A stretch of 64,000 nucleotides of DNA from Rhina ancylostomus (taxonomy: Eukaryota): positions 21,564,564 to 21,628,563 of the forward strand of contig JARFYF010000007.1 in assembly GCA_030265395.1 (NCBI GenBank). Direction: 5' to 3'. Positions 1 through 14,742 of the stretch are shown in pieces. Position 1 is the first letter of the stretch. Each line of letters starts with the position of its first letter. The notes beneath the pieces were generated by a model. It had not been told where the DNA came from. It saw only the letters and a program-made list of their open reading frames with translations, and ran no database searches. The translations under genes and the position numbers were made by a program.

Positions 1-625
1 AACGAGCGCTGAGCCCACCCGAGGTGATGCGTGTATTTATCAGACCAAAACCATTGCTTGGATTTTTACCGCAAACACTTGCTTTGCCTCCTTTCTGCAA
101 TGTGGCAACTCCGTGGCTGAGCAAAGCTACTCCCAACCTTGCAATTATATTTGACCTAAATTCAGCTTCAGACCATGTACCTAATTACAATCTTCCAATT
201 CAATTTTGATCACTTCACATTGACACCTTCAGCTATCTTAATTCCAAGTTATGGTGTACCCTCCCTGAATATCTTGCTCTGTGCTTCTTCCTGTTTTAAG
301 GGATTCCCTAGAAAGTTTATCTTTCTCCGGGCTTTTGGCTGTCCTGATATGTCCTTTTGTGGATTGATGTTGTTCTTTGTGACTACTACTACAAAACATC
401 TTGGCACGTTTTACTATGTTGAAATTGCTATATAAATAAAAATTGTCGTTGTAATGAGGAAAAGAAATTACTAAACAGTTTCAAAGGCTCTCTGGTGTAT
501 TACAAAGCCACAGAAAATGCATGAACCTTTTAAGACTTAGTATGGCCCCTTTACCTATTTAATTACCCAAAATGATGTCTGTTCTATTATTTATTTGGTT
601 TAAAACAGTACAGCTTTGTTTTTAA

Positions 626-808
<183 letters not shown>

Positions 809-1419
809 TAAGTAAAGTTTTTGGTGTTGATATTCTGTTGTTGTTCCCAAACTCCTCTTCCTCTTTCTCCTAATTAATGCTATGGAATTATTATAGCACA
901 TTTCAGCACATCCTTGGTATACTATGATTTGAACTTTGCAGAGGAAGAACCCAGTCTAATAAACCCTATCAGAACTAATCAATGGTTGAGACTAAGATTA
1001 TTCCCTGTTATTATTCTGGGATAGAAGCTGAAATCTGGGTATTCTAAAGGTTCCAGCTTTTGAACAAGCCATGAGCTTTGAGTTCTTACAATTAGGCTTT
1101 CTACTGAGCTTTATCCTCCAGTTAGGGGAATAAAGAGGCAATGATGATGAACTGCAGGCATACCTTGTTTCACCAAAAGGAAATAATTTAAGTGAGACCA
1201 GCTGCAGAACATCAATTTTTACTGCTTAAACAGAACTACTTTTGTAATACCACGTTACTTAAAATGGGGGCACAAAATAGTTCCCATGGTCCACTTTAAT
1301 TTAGCCTCCCCTATCTAAATTAGAATTATGAAAAAAGATTTTGAATATGCAATTATATTCTGTTTACTGGTTATTAATGTTTTGTCATTTTAAGAATCCA
1401 TTTTGGCTATTTTCAATAG

Positions 1420-1576
1420 GAATATGAAGCGGTATTCACGACCAGCATTGAACAAACAGCAAGAGATAGCACAGTGCACACCATCACCTCACCTTAAGTT
1501 GTTCGATTATTTACAAAAGAGAAAGGAAAGAAAGCCAGTGTTACCTGTTGACCTTAAAATTTCAAGAGCTGGAAAC
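1420..1576 (+). CDS. SUPT20H: SUPT20H exon: NMKRYSRPALNKQQEIAQCTPSPHLKLFDYLQKRKERKPVLPVDLKISRAGN
   Basis: tag| and |gtatgt; 157 nt, phase 2 to 0; resembles human KRYSRSSLNRQQ...LQKRKERK...DLKISKAGN. Confidence 0.95.
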
Positions 1577-1677
1577 GTATGTTCCTTTTATTTTTTAAAC
1601 ANNNNNCTCTTCTGAACTATTGTTTTCAACTGGCATATGGTTCTAACACAATTTCCTCTCGCCTTTACTCGTGGCAG

Positions 1678-1734
1678 TGTGTTGATATGTGGAAGCAGAA
1701 TCCTTGCCAGCTCACAGTGCCATCTGAAATTGAT
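1678..1734 (+). CDS. SUPT20H: SUPT20H exon: CVDMWKQNPCQLTVPSEID
   Basis: cag| and |gtaagt; 57 nt; resembles human CVDMWKRSPCNLAIPSEVD. Confidence 0.95.
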
Positions 1735-2916
1735 GTAAGTCTTTCTTTCTTTATAGAATATCAAGAATATTGTATCAAAAAAAAATCTCTCAGAAATCAT
1801 TGAAATTAGTTTATGGCATTGTCATTATTAGTGTGTTTTTAAAAAGAAAGAGCATACTTTGAGGCAATGAAGAGCCACTTCATGAGCTTATGTTCACCAC
1901 AGATGCTGGACTGTTTGCTGTCAGAATCAGTAAAACAAAAAAAAACTAATGCTTTTCCTTCAGCTTTCCAAACATTTATTATGAAAAGGGTAGATTTGTG
2001 TCATTATGAGTTAATCTCACTGAAGCTGCTTTAGAATTGGTGATTCATGTTACAAGGTGAAATCTGAAATATTTTTGATCCTGAAATGTCATTAAACAAT
2101 GGGAGTTCAAAACTAGAAAATCATTTTTCTAGAACGGTACCTTGTTTATAAATATATGTATGTGTCTATACATGTGTCCCTTTTCTCACAATGCACTTTT
2201 ATTTTCTCTATTTATGTTTCTGGATCAAATATGGCTCTAATTCACCATACTTCAGAATTATTTGGCCTACTTTTGCACTTTCCTTAAATATCAGTAATTA
2301 TAGACCATTGGGCCTGAGATTCATTAGGCTTCAAATCCCCAGTTGAAGTTTACATGGAATTAACAATTTGCATTTCCAACAGTTGGCAACACAAAAATAA
2401 CAAACAAATCTTGCCATTTGCTGTAGGATGTGCCACAGCAATGTATTGAAAATGGGTATGAAAGTTATTAAGAATGTTTCAGAAATGCGTTACAAAAATA
2501 TTTTCAAACTAAGCAGCAATTGGTACCAGTATAAATAGTGTTTGAAATGTCTCTACACAGGTTTCATGTGCCAGAAGAAATAACAAGTACCTTAATTTCC
2601 TAATTTCTAACCCAAGTAGTGGCATAACCTGAGAAATTTAACAATGTAAAATCTAGTGTACTCTTTGCAATGGGATCTTGCATAAACCATGTGTATTTCT
2701 ATACTTTGTTGACCAACTAACCTACTGGACCTTGGATTCTTTCGCTTTGAGTACTTTAACTTCCTTGAATGTGTTTTTGTGAATTTTAATTGATAGTTTT
2801 TTTACTTTTTCTGGGGGTGGTGTTAGGTGAATAACTCATTTACCCAGTAAAGCTAATAGTGTGAAAAGCTCTTTTGTATTTTTGTTAATTTTAGTTTCAA
2901 ATTTATACTTGTCCAG

Positions 2917-2988
2917 GTGGAAAAGTATGCAAAAGTGGAAAAATTTATCAGATCTGATGACTTGCAAACAGTAATCTGGCCACCCCAT
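2917..2988 (+). CDS. SUPT20H: SUPT20H exon: [24 protein letters not shown]
   Basis: cag| and |gtaagt; 72 nt; resembles human [24 protein letters not shown]. Confidence 0.95.
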
Positions 2989-4049
2989 GTAAGTACTACA
3001 GTTCTTGGACTACTTCATTCAAATGCCTTGTGGGACCTCTTCAGACACCAGAGTTTATTTCCAATTGCAGCTCTAACTACAGCAATTTACTTGACTGAGA
3101 ATGTAGAACATTGTAAACTTTCTCATCTAATTTAGATGTTAGGATTTTTTGGAAGTAAATTTTCAAAATTATTTCAAGTCACTTAAACCATCAACAAATC
3201 GCAATCTGTTTGAAAATAAATCTATTCATTCCATTTAATGAAAATGAAACTGAAATTACAAATTTGAAGGCAATAAATATTATTAAAAATGAGAAGCAGT
3301 TAGAAGCATGTGATTGCCATTTAGTTGATTGCTAATGTTCAGTTTAACAGCTGATTACATCACAAGTATATATTGGATCAACATTCATGGTTTGTATCTG
3401 ACAGAAATCGATACATTTTCAGACATGAATTTGTGTAACACATACACCACAGAAACAGGCCATTCAGCCTAGCCAGTCCTTGCCAACATTTAATCAGTTG
3501 TTTCCTTCTGTCCTTTGAAATATAACCCTATCAGCATGGCTCTCTATTCCCTTTACCCTTTTTCTAGCTTTTCCTTAAATGCCTCAGCTACAATGATGAT
3601 AGGGGGTTTCACTTTCTTGCTACTCTGGGATTCTTCTGAATTCTCTTTCTTGGTGATTACCTCATACAGGTGACCTTAAGTTTTAATCTTTTCTACATGT
3701 GGAAATAATACCACCCTGCCTACTCTACTGTATACTCTACCTAAAACTTTGTTAATGTGGAAGACCTGAGCCAGGTCAGGAGAAAGGCTCTTCATCCATC
3801 ATTGGTACCTTTAATTTTTGGTATCAAACTTATTAAATCTTTTCAGCTTCTCAAGTGTCCAATATCCTTTTAAATAATCTGATTGGAAAATAATTAAAAC
3901 TGCTAGAATCTGAAACAAAAACAGAAATGTTGGAAGAACTCAGCCAGTCAAGCAGCATCTGTGGAAAAAGAAATCAGTCATCATTTTGACCCAAAACTGA
4001 CTTTGATGCAATTTTGTGCTTGTTGTGTTGGGACTCCCTATTTTATCTA

Positions 4050-4950
4050 CTCCTCCATTTTTATTTCCCAAGTAACATTTGACCTGATTTCCTCTATCTT
4101 TCATCAGTGCTAAAATTCATTATGTCTTTATTCTACAAATTAAAAACATGTAAATTGCTGCATTTCTCCTAACCAATAATTATTCTTCCAAATTTCATGT
4201 TGTCTATATTAAGAAATGGGCTTTTGATTTCAAAAGATAAATTATTAACATAAATCGGCTTTAGTCTCTGCTTTCTGTCTGCTAGCCAGCAAACTCTCCA
4301 TTCTGCTATTTGAACTGTGTTCCATGTGTTTACTTCCTTTTGGTCTATAAAGTAGCGATTCATCATTGTATTTTGGAAGACTTGAAGGCAATGCAGCATA
4401 AGCATTTCGTCTACACTTTCTCTTAGTTCTTCAAGGAGTTCATTGAGGTTCAAACAGTTTTTTTTCCCCTTTTGAGTTCTATGTTGACTGTTCATTATAC
4501 TTTTATAATCTAGATGTTTGTTTCATTTTCACCTTTGGTAGGGTTCCATAGTTTCTCTCTCATTGCGAATACTAAGCTGACTATCTCTTTTAAATACTTT
4601 GGCTGTGTACTAAACCTCTTGACACTACATTTTTACCACTGTACTAAATATATGCAACAGTGTGTCTATTAATTATTTTGGTTCTTTGAAAATATAAGCA
4701 AGCAATCTATCCATCCAGAGATTTCTCTGCTTTGACTTTGATGAGCTAATTAATTGTCTCTCCCCATCTTATTCTAAATATTGTTTTATCATTTCAAGAT
4801 GATCTAATGTCTTGGCTGTTTGATCCATCTTGCTGGTAAATATTGAATGAAATACTTAATATTACAGCAAATTTTCTGTTCCTTCTAATGGTTATATCCT
4901 TTCTATACCGGAATAGCCCTTTTGTTCGCTGAATTATCTTTCTCTTGATT
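4050..4950 (-). mobile_element. Highly decayed CR1-like LINE
   Basis: General resemblance to the CR1 endonuclease-RT linker; no intact frame. Confidence 0.4.
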
Positions 4951-6996
4951 TTGGAATAAGTCATCATGGGAAGCATTTTTATTCAGAGACTTAAGTAAAA
5001 GACTTTTCTAAAATTATTATCAAATGAATATTGATGATTTTTCTTGTACACCATTATCATATTAGGAAGGATGTGTTGTGCTAACTAGATATTATGGTCA
5101 GTTATGATCTAATGAATAACTATTCTGTAAGTTCTCACAGAATGTACAGAGAATTAAGTCTGCTAAGCAAGAAGAGTTTGAAATTTGGCCTTAATATTGG
5201 GATAAATGTACTGGAATGTTTATTACACTTTGGTGTTAATTTATTATACAATACTAGTAGGTGTTTAATAGCTGTTTAAACTTGTTTATTTGGTGTATTA
5301 CCTGGGAACAAGTTTGAGCTAGGAAAAGATTCAGTAACTGACTTCATATGTGATTGTTTTTCTCCTATGTGGGTATTGAAGTATTAGTTAAAATGTGAGA
5401 AGTTTGAGATAAGCAAGCAAATTTTTCAACAATAAATCAGCAGGAATTTGGTTTGCATTCAAATTATTAAGAATCATAATTTGTTTTATCTTGAAGAGGA
5501 AATAGTTCAGTTTTGTCTTAAGAAAACTTTGATGCTTCTTGTATTCCAACCAAATGTTTGAGTGCCTTTAGTTATTGTACTCAAGTTCAAGGTTTCTGGT
5601 ACAATACATCCATATAGAATGTTTAAGAGTGCCAGGATTCCATGTTCCAAGATATAGTCATCTGTAAGCAGAAGGAGTCAGTGAAAAAGGGAAGTGGATA
5701 ACTGTTAAGGGGGTGATGGTGAATTTGCAAATCAGTTTTCTGTGTTGTTATAATGATAGTAATTTAAAACTGCAACATAACTTACTCCATCATGTCCCAT
5801 CTCACAAGGGAAGTTGAAGTACTGAAATGACTCAGAAATTAAATGGATTTCATTGCTTTTAAATCAAGTTAATAGTATTCAGATAATGCAAAAGGACATT
5901 TAGAAGTTAGGAAACAGGTTTTTAAAAAAGCTCTCAAGAGTAGTAAGCATTAGATTACAATTTATACCCAGTTTAGGAATAGCAAGAAAAAGAAGGTTAA
6001 ATGCATATTGATGTGAATATTTAAATTATTGGGGTACTGGGACCAGTTTTGGATTAGAAAGTCTGTATGGTATGAATGGCTTCAAGCTTGCACAAGATTA
6101 GGCCAGGTGTCATTTTTGCAAGAGTAGCCATTCCTGCGGGAGTGGAGTTAAAGTATGGCAAGTGGAGAGATTAAACAAGATAACAATTTCAAATAAAAGT
6201 GAATGACCCAACAGTAGAGCAAGATCTTTTCAATAAATTGGAGAAATTTGCAAGAGTAGTGATATACTAATTGGGTGATTGTTCTAAAGACACACTGGAA
6301 TCGTGATCAAAATAAGATGCTTTTTCTTCTTTAAAAAAATGTTCCCAGTTGCTTCCTAGATGTCTATTCTTTTAGTAATCCAATACGGCGAGAATTGAGT
6401 ATTAAGTACCTAATATGAGAATAAGAATGCAATTGATAAAATGGAAACACAATGGATTGCAGATGCTGGAATCTGGAGCAGAAAACAAACTGCTAGAGGA
6501 ACTCGGTGGGTTGAGCAGCATCCATGAGGGAGAGGAAAAGGAACTGTTAACATTTGAGGTCCAGACCATGTATCAGGACTGAGAGTGGAGAGGGGGACGA
6601 TATTCCCTTTAAATTCACTGGGGATCTGTTTCCCACACTGCCTTTAAACTCACCCTGTCCTATTTTGCACACTCCCTTTCAACAGCTCCTTGTTTACTGT
6701 GCTTCCTTTACACTAATCAAGTTAACTGGAAAATTTGTTATACTCTTGTGTAACATCTAAGAACAAAGTGAGTTAAGTATATTGGGGTATTAATAGGAGT
6801 AATATCTAATAGCCCAAAAATCTGCCAGTCTGGCATCACCAAAGTTCCAAGGGTGTCGGATGTTTGGGATATTGGATGTTGGTAGAAGAGCAAGAGATTT
6901 TTGTTTATTGGTAAAATTTGCATTTGTATCTGATTTTTGATATATTGTTTTCTTTAAGTCATTAAAAGCTGATGCATAATTATTGAACTCTTTCAG

Positions 6997-7163
6997 GAAA
7001 CAAATGATGAGTACATTTTTGAGTGGGAAGGGACAGATCAAGTTCATGCATCCAAATTAACAATCTACCAGTCACCAGATGACCCCCTGTTTTATGGTAA
7101 GATACAAATGATGAAGGACCCCAAACCAGAGGAAGAGAACAGACATTTGATTACTCACATCCC
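6997..7163 (+). CDS. SUPT20H: SUPT20H exon: ETNDEYIFEWEGTDQVHASKLTIYQSPDDPLFYGKIQMMKDPKPEEENRHLITHIP
   Basis: tttcag| and |gtaagt; phase 0 to 2; resembles human DDYVFEC...KLTILQSLGDPLYYGKIQ. Confidence 0.92.
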
Positions 7164-7789
7164 GTAAGTAGAAATGAATAGGTAGAGGATTCAAAGTGGA
7201 AGTTGTGTGAATGCAAGATAAATGTTTTGGAGTGGAACTTTTTGTGCCCCATGTTCATAACCAGTGACCCCAAAGTAATAGCTTAAACAATGAATATTTT
7301 CTTTATGATATAGAATTATATGAAAAGCAGTTGGTCAAATTTAGTTTTCATCAATTAAACCATGAAATTAGATCATGTACATCTTCTGTAGAATTGTTAA
7401 TAATACTTGCAATAGTTGAATGATAAAAAAAAAGCTGAACAACACAAAGGCTGAAATTTAATACCCTTCTATTCATGTTTTGAGTTATTTCAGTTCCAAG
7501 ATGGTGATACTATATTTGTCAGTTTCTGCACTCCAAAGCCAACATTGCTCAGAGGCTTGGCTGGGAATTTTTAGGTTATAGTCTCAATAGTTTTAGTCTC
7601 AATACTGAATTTACTAGCCATGGAAACTGTGTGTATGATCCCCAAGCATTTTTAATGTTTTTCAAAATTCAACAGTAAAAACAAAGTTCAGCATAAAAAC
7701 AGACTTGATGATGTTGGGTCTGCTGGCTCTGGAAAATTTGAAGAAAACTTGCATTTCTTCAGGCATGCCTCAAGGATTATGGAGAGATT

Positions 7790-8790
7790 ATGGAGACACA
7801 AAACACTGCAGATGGGGGAATGCAAACTGCTGGAGGAATGCAGTGGGTTAAGCTGCATCTGTGGCGGGGGAAGGAGTTGTTGATGTTTCGGCTGAGACCC
7901 TGCAACAAGACTGAGAGTGGAGAGGAAAGACAGCAAGCTTAGAGAGGAGAAGGGGAGAGGTTGAGAGGTCAGACAGGAGCCTGCAAGTGATAGGTGGACT
8001 GAGGAAGGGTGAACGATGACAGGCAGGTGAGGGAGGGGTGGAATTAGGAGGTAGAAGTGGATGGGTGATAGGCTGAAGCAAACGAGAAAATAAAAAGGGC
8101 CAGGTTGGGGGGAAGTAATGGTTAATGTGGAGGCAGAAGGTGATAAGTGGGGACAAAGACTGCCATTGCTGGAATCTNNNNNNNNNNGGGACAGGTGAAG
8201 GGCAGATGGGGGAGAGGATATAGCGGATGAAGTGTGTGGGTAGTAGATGGATGGAACCAGGAAGGGTCAAAAATCAGTGATGAGTCACAGAAGATGGGTG
8301 TGGGGGTTATTGGAAAGGGAACAAAAATGGGAGGACCAGAGGTAGATCGGAAAGGCAGAGAGGGGAGCACAGGAGGTAAGGGCTGTCTGAAAGTGGAAAA
8401 TTCAAGTTTTACTATCATTGGGTTGTAGACTACCTGGGCAGATTATAAGGTGTAGATCCTCATTTTTGCATTGGGCCTCAGCCTTACAGTGGCGAAGGCT
8501 GAGGATGGACAGGTTGGTGTGGAAATGGTGAGGANNNNNNNNNNNNNNNNNNNNNNNNNNNNNNNNNNNNNNNNTGAGGACAGAGCACAGGTGCTCTGCA
8601 AACCGGATGCCTAGTCTCCACTTGGTCTTGCTGATGTAGAGGAGGTCACATCAAAGGCACTGAATGCAGTAGGAGAGGTTGTAGTAGAAGCATGTGAATC
8701 TTTACCTCACTTGGAAGGGCTGTTTAAGTCCCTGGATAGCAGTGAGGAAAGAGGTGTTGGAACAGGTGTTGCACGTCCTACAGTTGGGAA
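7790..8790 (-). mobile_element. Penelope-like retroelement 3' portion with terminal repeat
   Basis: MIVKLEFSTFR-type end (GMN.EFS.F motif after the GIY-YIG region), purine-rich tract, and the aaactgctggaggaa...gcatctgtgg terminus shared with other copies. Confidence 0.7.
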
Positions 8791-10672
8791 GAGTTTTTCT
8801 TATCTTGTTTTCTTATTAAGCATAGATATAATATAATCTACAGGGGAAAGGAAAATCAAGTTTTTGACTTGGCATGTTTACAGTTAGTCTGGGTAATTTG
8901 GTATGAGAGGTATGACAAACACAGCTGATCATGAACCTGAAGTTGACAAGTGCCCTTAGTTTCTACATCCCTGCTACTTTGGATGTCCCTTCTCTCCAGA
9001 AATTTGAAATACATTTTTTGTGATATTGAGGGTATGGGGGAGAAATTTGAGAGCGGATTAGGTCCCATTCTCAAGCTAACGCATGTTATAGATTATCATG
9101 TTCATTTAGTAAAAATGTGAAATAATAGTAAAACCTTTGATTACTACTATCCATAGCAAAGTCCAAGTATTAATTTGCAGCCAATAATGAGTGTGACCAC
9201 ATCAAGCAATTACTTTGCATTCATTTTTTGTGTAGTAAATGCATGTGAGGGTGCGAAGGAAGGTTGGAATGCCATCTGCCTCCTTCACGTCTCCAATCTG
9301 TGCCTAAGTAATGCAAATCCTCTGCAAGAGGGAAAACCAGTGTATGCAGCAAAATGCTCAGTAATGCACACTCTTGGAAGATGTGGTTGGCTACTCAATA
9401 ACCTTGCCTCACATGATATTGTTGTTAACTGCTTTCTGAACGAGCAATGCATGGTGTTGGTTATGGTGGGACTGAATGATAGTCTTCTCCTTGGGTACGT
9501 TATCCATGTTCATCTGGCAATCTTCTTCCCCCTCACTCTTTTGCGCCATTTACATCAAAGTGATGTGCCTTGTAAACCTGCTGGTCAATTATTCGAGTAT
9601 ATTTATATTTCTTAATTCCCTATTTCTCCTGCCTCCCCAGCACTGCCCAATTGAGTGCATTCTCACCGAAAGGACAGGAGCAGCAAGTGTATGAGATTAT
9701 AATCACTATCCTGACTTAATAAATATATTATCATTCCTGACATATTACCTAATTTGAAAATATATAGTATACAGCATCTCTTATTCGGTTTTCCCTTTCT
9801 TTATCAATGTCATGGTCATCCTTTGCTGAATTCTAAAACACTCCCAATCCTTTTTGGGCTTTTTAGCATTTTTCCATGTTGGACTTTTAACCTACTTAGT
9901 TTAGTTTAGGCTTTAGAAAGTGTAGTTCTTCCTTGTAATTCAGTCATGAGCAAAGAATATTCCCCATAATGTCACAAGGAAGAGTTGTAAATCAATGCAT
10001 GTTGCCACATTAAATTCAAATGACAATTTAAATTAAGCAAGGAGACTATATATGGATACAGATTAATACATCCTTTTAAAATGTTCAAAATAATTATTAA
10101 TTTTTTCCATTGGGAAGTGCTGTATTTTGTTCAGAAATTTGGTAAAAATGGTAGGTCTCAGGAATACACAACAATTTTCCAGCAATACAAAACCTCTTAT
10201 AAAAATTACCTAAGTGCTTAATATTTGCAAATACAATTTAAATGAAAGAAAAAAAAAATTTGTTTAATGAAATGTTTTGTGGTTAATGTTTACTTCTGAA
10301 ATGTAACCACCAATAGTCAGTTTGCCCCACGTACATAAAACAGTGAATGACTAGTTTTTTGCGGTGTTAGTTGAGAAAAGAATGTTCGCCAGCATTCCAA
10401 CTTTAATCATCATCAAAGATCTTTAAGATCTTTTAAGTTCATATGACCTGGTATATGGGCTATCAGTTTATAATTGGATTTGAAAGTTTGCATCACAGCA
10501 CCGAACTAAAATGTTGGCTTTAGATAAGTGCTAGTGTTGTAACAAGGCTTTGAATCACAGCATTTTACGTGTGCGTTGAACTTCATACATGTTCACATAT
10601 AAGTCATTTATGTCTGTAACATCTGTACTGATCTCCTGAATCTGAACTATAAAATGTTGTTTTGTACACCAG

Positions 10673-10705
10673 GTTCCCTATAGGTACAAAAGCAGAAGCT
10701 GACAG
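10673..10705 (+). CDS. SUPT20H: SUPT20H 33-nt exon: FPIGTKAEADR
   Basis: cag| and |gtgagt; phase 2 to 2; resembles human FIIGSKTDAER. Confidence 0.9.
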
Positions 10706-10799
10706 GTGAGTGCCCTTGGTTTTCTTCTCCTCCACTTACTGTACATAACATTTTTTCATAAGGATTTAATGTTTTAAAATGCATCTTGTTAAACTGCAG

Positions 10800-10917
10800 G
10801 TTTGTAAAGCAGTATTTTGAGGTTTTGCAGCAGGATACCAAGTGTCCAGTGAAGATTTCCCATAATTCAGCTGGCTCAGTGAGTCAGAGTCACTTGTCTC
10901 CTGGGAAAGAAATTGAG
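10800..10917 (+). CDS. SUPT20H: SUPT20H exon: [39 protein letters not shown]
   Basis: cag| and |gtgggt; phase 2 to 0; resembles human [26 protein letters not shown]...SPGKE. Confidence 0.93.
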
Positions 10918-11489
10918 GTGGGTACACAGTAGTATGTTTTAATTTTGGATGGATGTTCAGAATTACTTTTTTAAAATCTCCCCATTTTCTTTATTGAATT
11001 CTTAATATCTTTACCCATTGCATATGTGGCCCCACTGTATTAAATGGTGGATTTTATTGCTTTACATTTTTGATAATAATAATTCAAACGATTTCATAAA
11101 TATAATTTATTATTTTAAGTAATTGAATCTCAAGTGATCAGCTTCCCAACTTCTGTCCTCCAAGGATCTATATTTGCAAAGAAGCTAAACAAAAAGTAAT
11201 GTTATAAGTACCCCATACAAGATTTTAATACCACTGGTGACCTTGGTAATTGCAGTCAGACTAAAATGCTTTTGCCAACTAAAATAAAAATTCATCACTA
11301 ATTTCATTTCAGAAGTTTGTCTTCTCAGTATTAATTAATGTGCTGAAATTGTTACCTAATCAATAAAATGACAAAATGGGTGATAATCAGAGAAAGTACT
11401 TTTCTTTAGGCCAAATAATGTTTAGGCTGATATTGTTCTACACACTGGTGAAAACCAATATTACAATAAAGTAAATATTTTCCAATAAA

Positions 11490-12990
11490 GCAAAAAGTGG
11501 AAGAAATACTCAGCAAGTTAAGCAGCATCTGTGGAATGAGAAATAGAGTTAATATTTTACGTCAATGACCTTTCCTCTGAACAGGCTAAAATGTTGAGTA
11601 CTGAAGGTGTGATGTGCCAAGTTAGATGAGGTGCTGTCCTTGACCTTAGGGCATTATTACAAAAGTGTAGGGGGCCAAGGAAAGAGAAGTCAGAAATGGG
11701 ACAGAATGGGATGCAGAATTAAAATAACAAACAACTGGAAGCTCGGGGTCACCCTTGTGGGCTTGAAGGAGATGTCCTGCAGAAAAGTCCAGTTGAAGTT
11801 TGGTTTCTCTGATGTAGAAGATTCTACACTGTGAGCAGCAAAAGCAATATATTTCCTGCATTAATTTTTTTCACACTCTCTTCTGATATTTGAGACTTCT
11901 CAGCTCCTCTTTGGATCTACTGTAGACACGGTTTTCATCAGCATGTATTGGCAGATAACATTATCACTTGTCTTCTGGTCTCTATCCTATCAAATACCTT
12001 CACTTTTGTTCTCACTGCCCTTCCCTTATTTATGTTTCTTTAACATTTTTCCCAGTTCTCAAGGAGTCATAGAATTGTAAGCATAGAAACAGGCCCGTCG
12101 GTCCACTGTGTCTATACCAACCATCGTGCTTATCTGTACCTATTCCATATCCCTCTATTGATTATTCATTCAAGTACCTGTCCAGATGCCTCTTAAATGT
12201 TGCTGTTGCTGCCTCCACCATCTCCTCTGGTAGCTCATTTCAGATATTATCTACTCTTTGTATGGAAATATTTACCACTCATATCCCCTTTAAACCTCAT
12301 CCCTCTCACCTTAAGGTTATGCCCTCTAGCTTTAGAGATCTCTATCATGGAAAACATAGTCCAGCTATCTACCCTATCTGTACCTCTCAATTTTATATAC
12401 ATTTGTCATTTTCACCTCTCAGCCTTCTTCAGACCCAGCCTATCCAATCTCTGCTTATAACACAAGCACTCCAATCCCCAGATAACCTCCTTGGGAATCT
12501 TTTCTGCATCCTCTAGCTTAATTGCATCTTTCCTGTAGTGTGGCAACCAGAACTGCACTCAATACTCGATACTCCAAGTGCAGCCTAACCAGTATTTTGT
12601 ACAACTGTAACATGATGTCCTAACTCCTGTATCAGTGCCTCAGCCAGTGCAGGCAAGTGTGCCATACACCACCCTATCTGTCTGTGTTGCCACTTTCAGG
12701 GAACTATGTACTTGTACCCCAAGACTTCTCTGTTTAACAACACTACCCAGGGCCCTGCCATTCACACCCTATGTCCTGCCCTGATTAAACTTCCCAAAAT
12801 GCATCACTTCATGTTTGTCTGAATTAAATTCCACCTGCCATTCCTTGCCCACTTTCCCAGTCTATCTCTATCCTGTTGTAACCTTCTGATGGAAGGTCAT
12901 TGACCTGAAACATTAACACTGTTAGTCTCTCCACAGAAGCTGCCAACATGAATATTTCCAGGATTTTCTGTTTTTATTTCAGATTTTCAG
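11490..12990. mobile_element. Penelope-like element with inverted termini, split by a CR1 insertion
   Basis: 11500-11580 (aatactcagc...gcagcatctgtggaatgagaaatagagttaat) is complementary to 12886-12990. Confidence 0.65.
12068..12885 (-). mobile_element. CR1 LINE 3' fragment inserted into a Penelope-like element
   Basis: Colinear with the 32130-32917 copy (aacttcccaaaatgcatcacttca, accagaactgca). Confidence 0.85.
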
Positions 12991-13288
12991 CATGTGTATC
13001 TTGCATTTGAAGAACTGCTCCAGTGTTAATTGGCTAATACTGAGTTTTGTTGCTCATTTTTCAAATCACAGCAGACTTAATACCAAAAGGCATGCTGTGT
13101 GCAGGGAATGGAAATAATTGGATTAAAGGTGCTCCATTTACATGGTATGACTTACGATGTTGAAACTAATTTTAAACACATAGGGTCTTTGTTTAAAAAA
13201 TACCATACTTCTTTTTAAAATCTGATTCTATATAATCTATATATTCTATACCAATTAAACTTTGATCAGCCATGCCTTTTCTTTGTAG

Positions 13289-13397
13289 CAATCTGAAGAA
13301 ATTTCCGGATCCGTCCAGTCTTCTGTACTGGGGAAGGGCGTAAAGCACAGACCTCCACCCATTAAGCTCCCTAGTGGCTCCAGTGCCAGTTCTTCAG
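13289..13397 (+). CDS. SUPT20H: SUPT20H exon: [36 protein letters not shown]
   Basis: tag| and |gtaaat; phase 0 to 1; [22 protein letters not shown] matches the remembered human sequence. Confidence 0.95.
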
Positions 13398-14742
13398 GTA
13401 AATCCTTTAGATTGAATTGTTCAGAGATCAACTTCATTATCATCTCTTCTGATTGTGCACGTGACCACGTGAAGCTATTGTACCTGGGAAGAATGGTTTT
13501 AACACATTTGGCAAACATTTATTACTAAAGTGGAATGTAGGTTTATAGTTTCATGTGGCTCTGTTAAATATCAAACCTTGTAATTTCGCCTTTATTCATT
13601 TACTGTATTTGCTGCTAAGTTGTTACCTTTAAATTCTGTCTTGATTGCAGATCTTTTCTGATTTTAATTACTGTTGCTGCTCATACAAATCCAGATATTT
13701 CTTAGCATTGTTTAAGACAGTGGTACCTTTGCAGGTCATTGTCACCTCCACTAATGACCACCATGGCACAAATATAATATGTGATAGTTCTCTATGACTT
13801 AGCAACAATGCTTATGGCCTGAATTGTTTTGATGTTATCTCATACATGTGGTTCTTCGAAAGGGAAGCCCAATAAATGAGATTATTTGTAAAATGGCATT
13901 GTTTTAGGAGTATTTGCTATTAATATATTTCTTTCCTTGTAATGTCGTTAACATTCTACATGCAAAATAAATGAGTGTAAAATAACAAGTGTTTTTCTTT
14001 GCAGATCTCTAAAGGTTGCTTTACTACATTTTATGTTGCAGCCTGTTTGGAAAGAATTTGTTTTCTGATTAAGTAAAGGGTTTTTAAGAGTTGGCTTGTA
14101 TCTTTCACTAAGACACAGAGGTATGAAGATTCACACAGACATTAGTATTCGTCAAAGCAGGAATGTTTTTTGTTGAGCTATCTTGCCAAATGCTGAATTA
14201 TGTCTTGTCAGGCTACTGCATTGACAGCTTGTCCAAGGATCAGTACCATTCTGTCCTTGAATTATAAAAGTTAAACAAAATACCCCCATGAGTAAAGTAC
14301 TGGCTTTAAAATTAATCAACCTTTTCAACAAATGTCACATAATTTGTGTAGTCTGGCTGTCAAAAGTGTTGGAGTGATATTAAGAAGAAAAAACAATTTT
14401 GCAGATGTGTTTTATGACAAAGGAGAGATGGTAAGGTAAGCAATAAGGTGAGAAAATAAATGGGAGAAAGAAGATAAAACAGATTTATTAGGCCAAATAG
14501 TTTATTTCTGTTAATTAAGTTTCCTTTGTGCCCATCTTGTAACAACACAGAACAAAGAATGAAAGGCCAAGAAATGGATCCATCTGTTTATTTTCTCATG
14601 GAGGAAATAATGCTTTGGTTGTCCTGAAGAAGGATGCCCAAGAGAAGACCAGAAGTAAAAATGGGGAACAGAAAACTAAGGGATTATTTTGCGCAATGTT
14701 TTTGAGTGTTGGACTGAAATATATTTGTGCTCTTTATTTTAG

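Noticed and set aside
9175-9615. 146-aa ORF on +
   Set aside because: Non-ATG start, no recognisable domain; looks like a chance frame over a decayed repeat.
7164-10672. Possible extra small SUPT20H exon matching remembered human SSTDDHSNW
   Set aside because: No convincing match found, and the flanking exons already join in frame.
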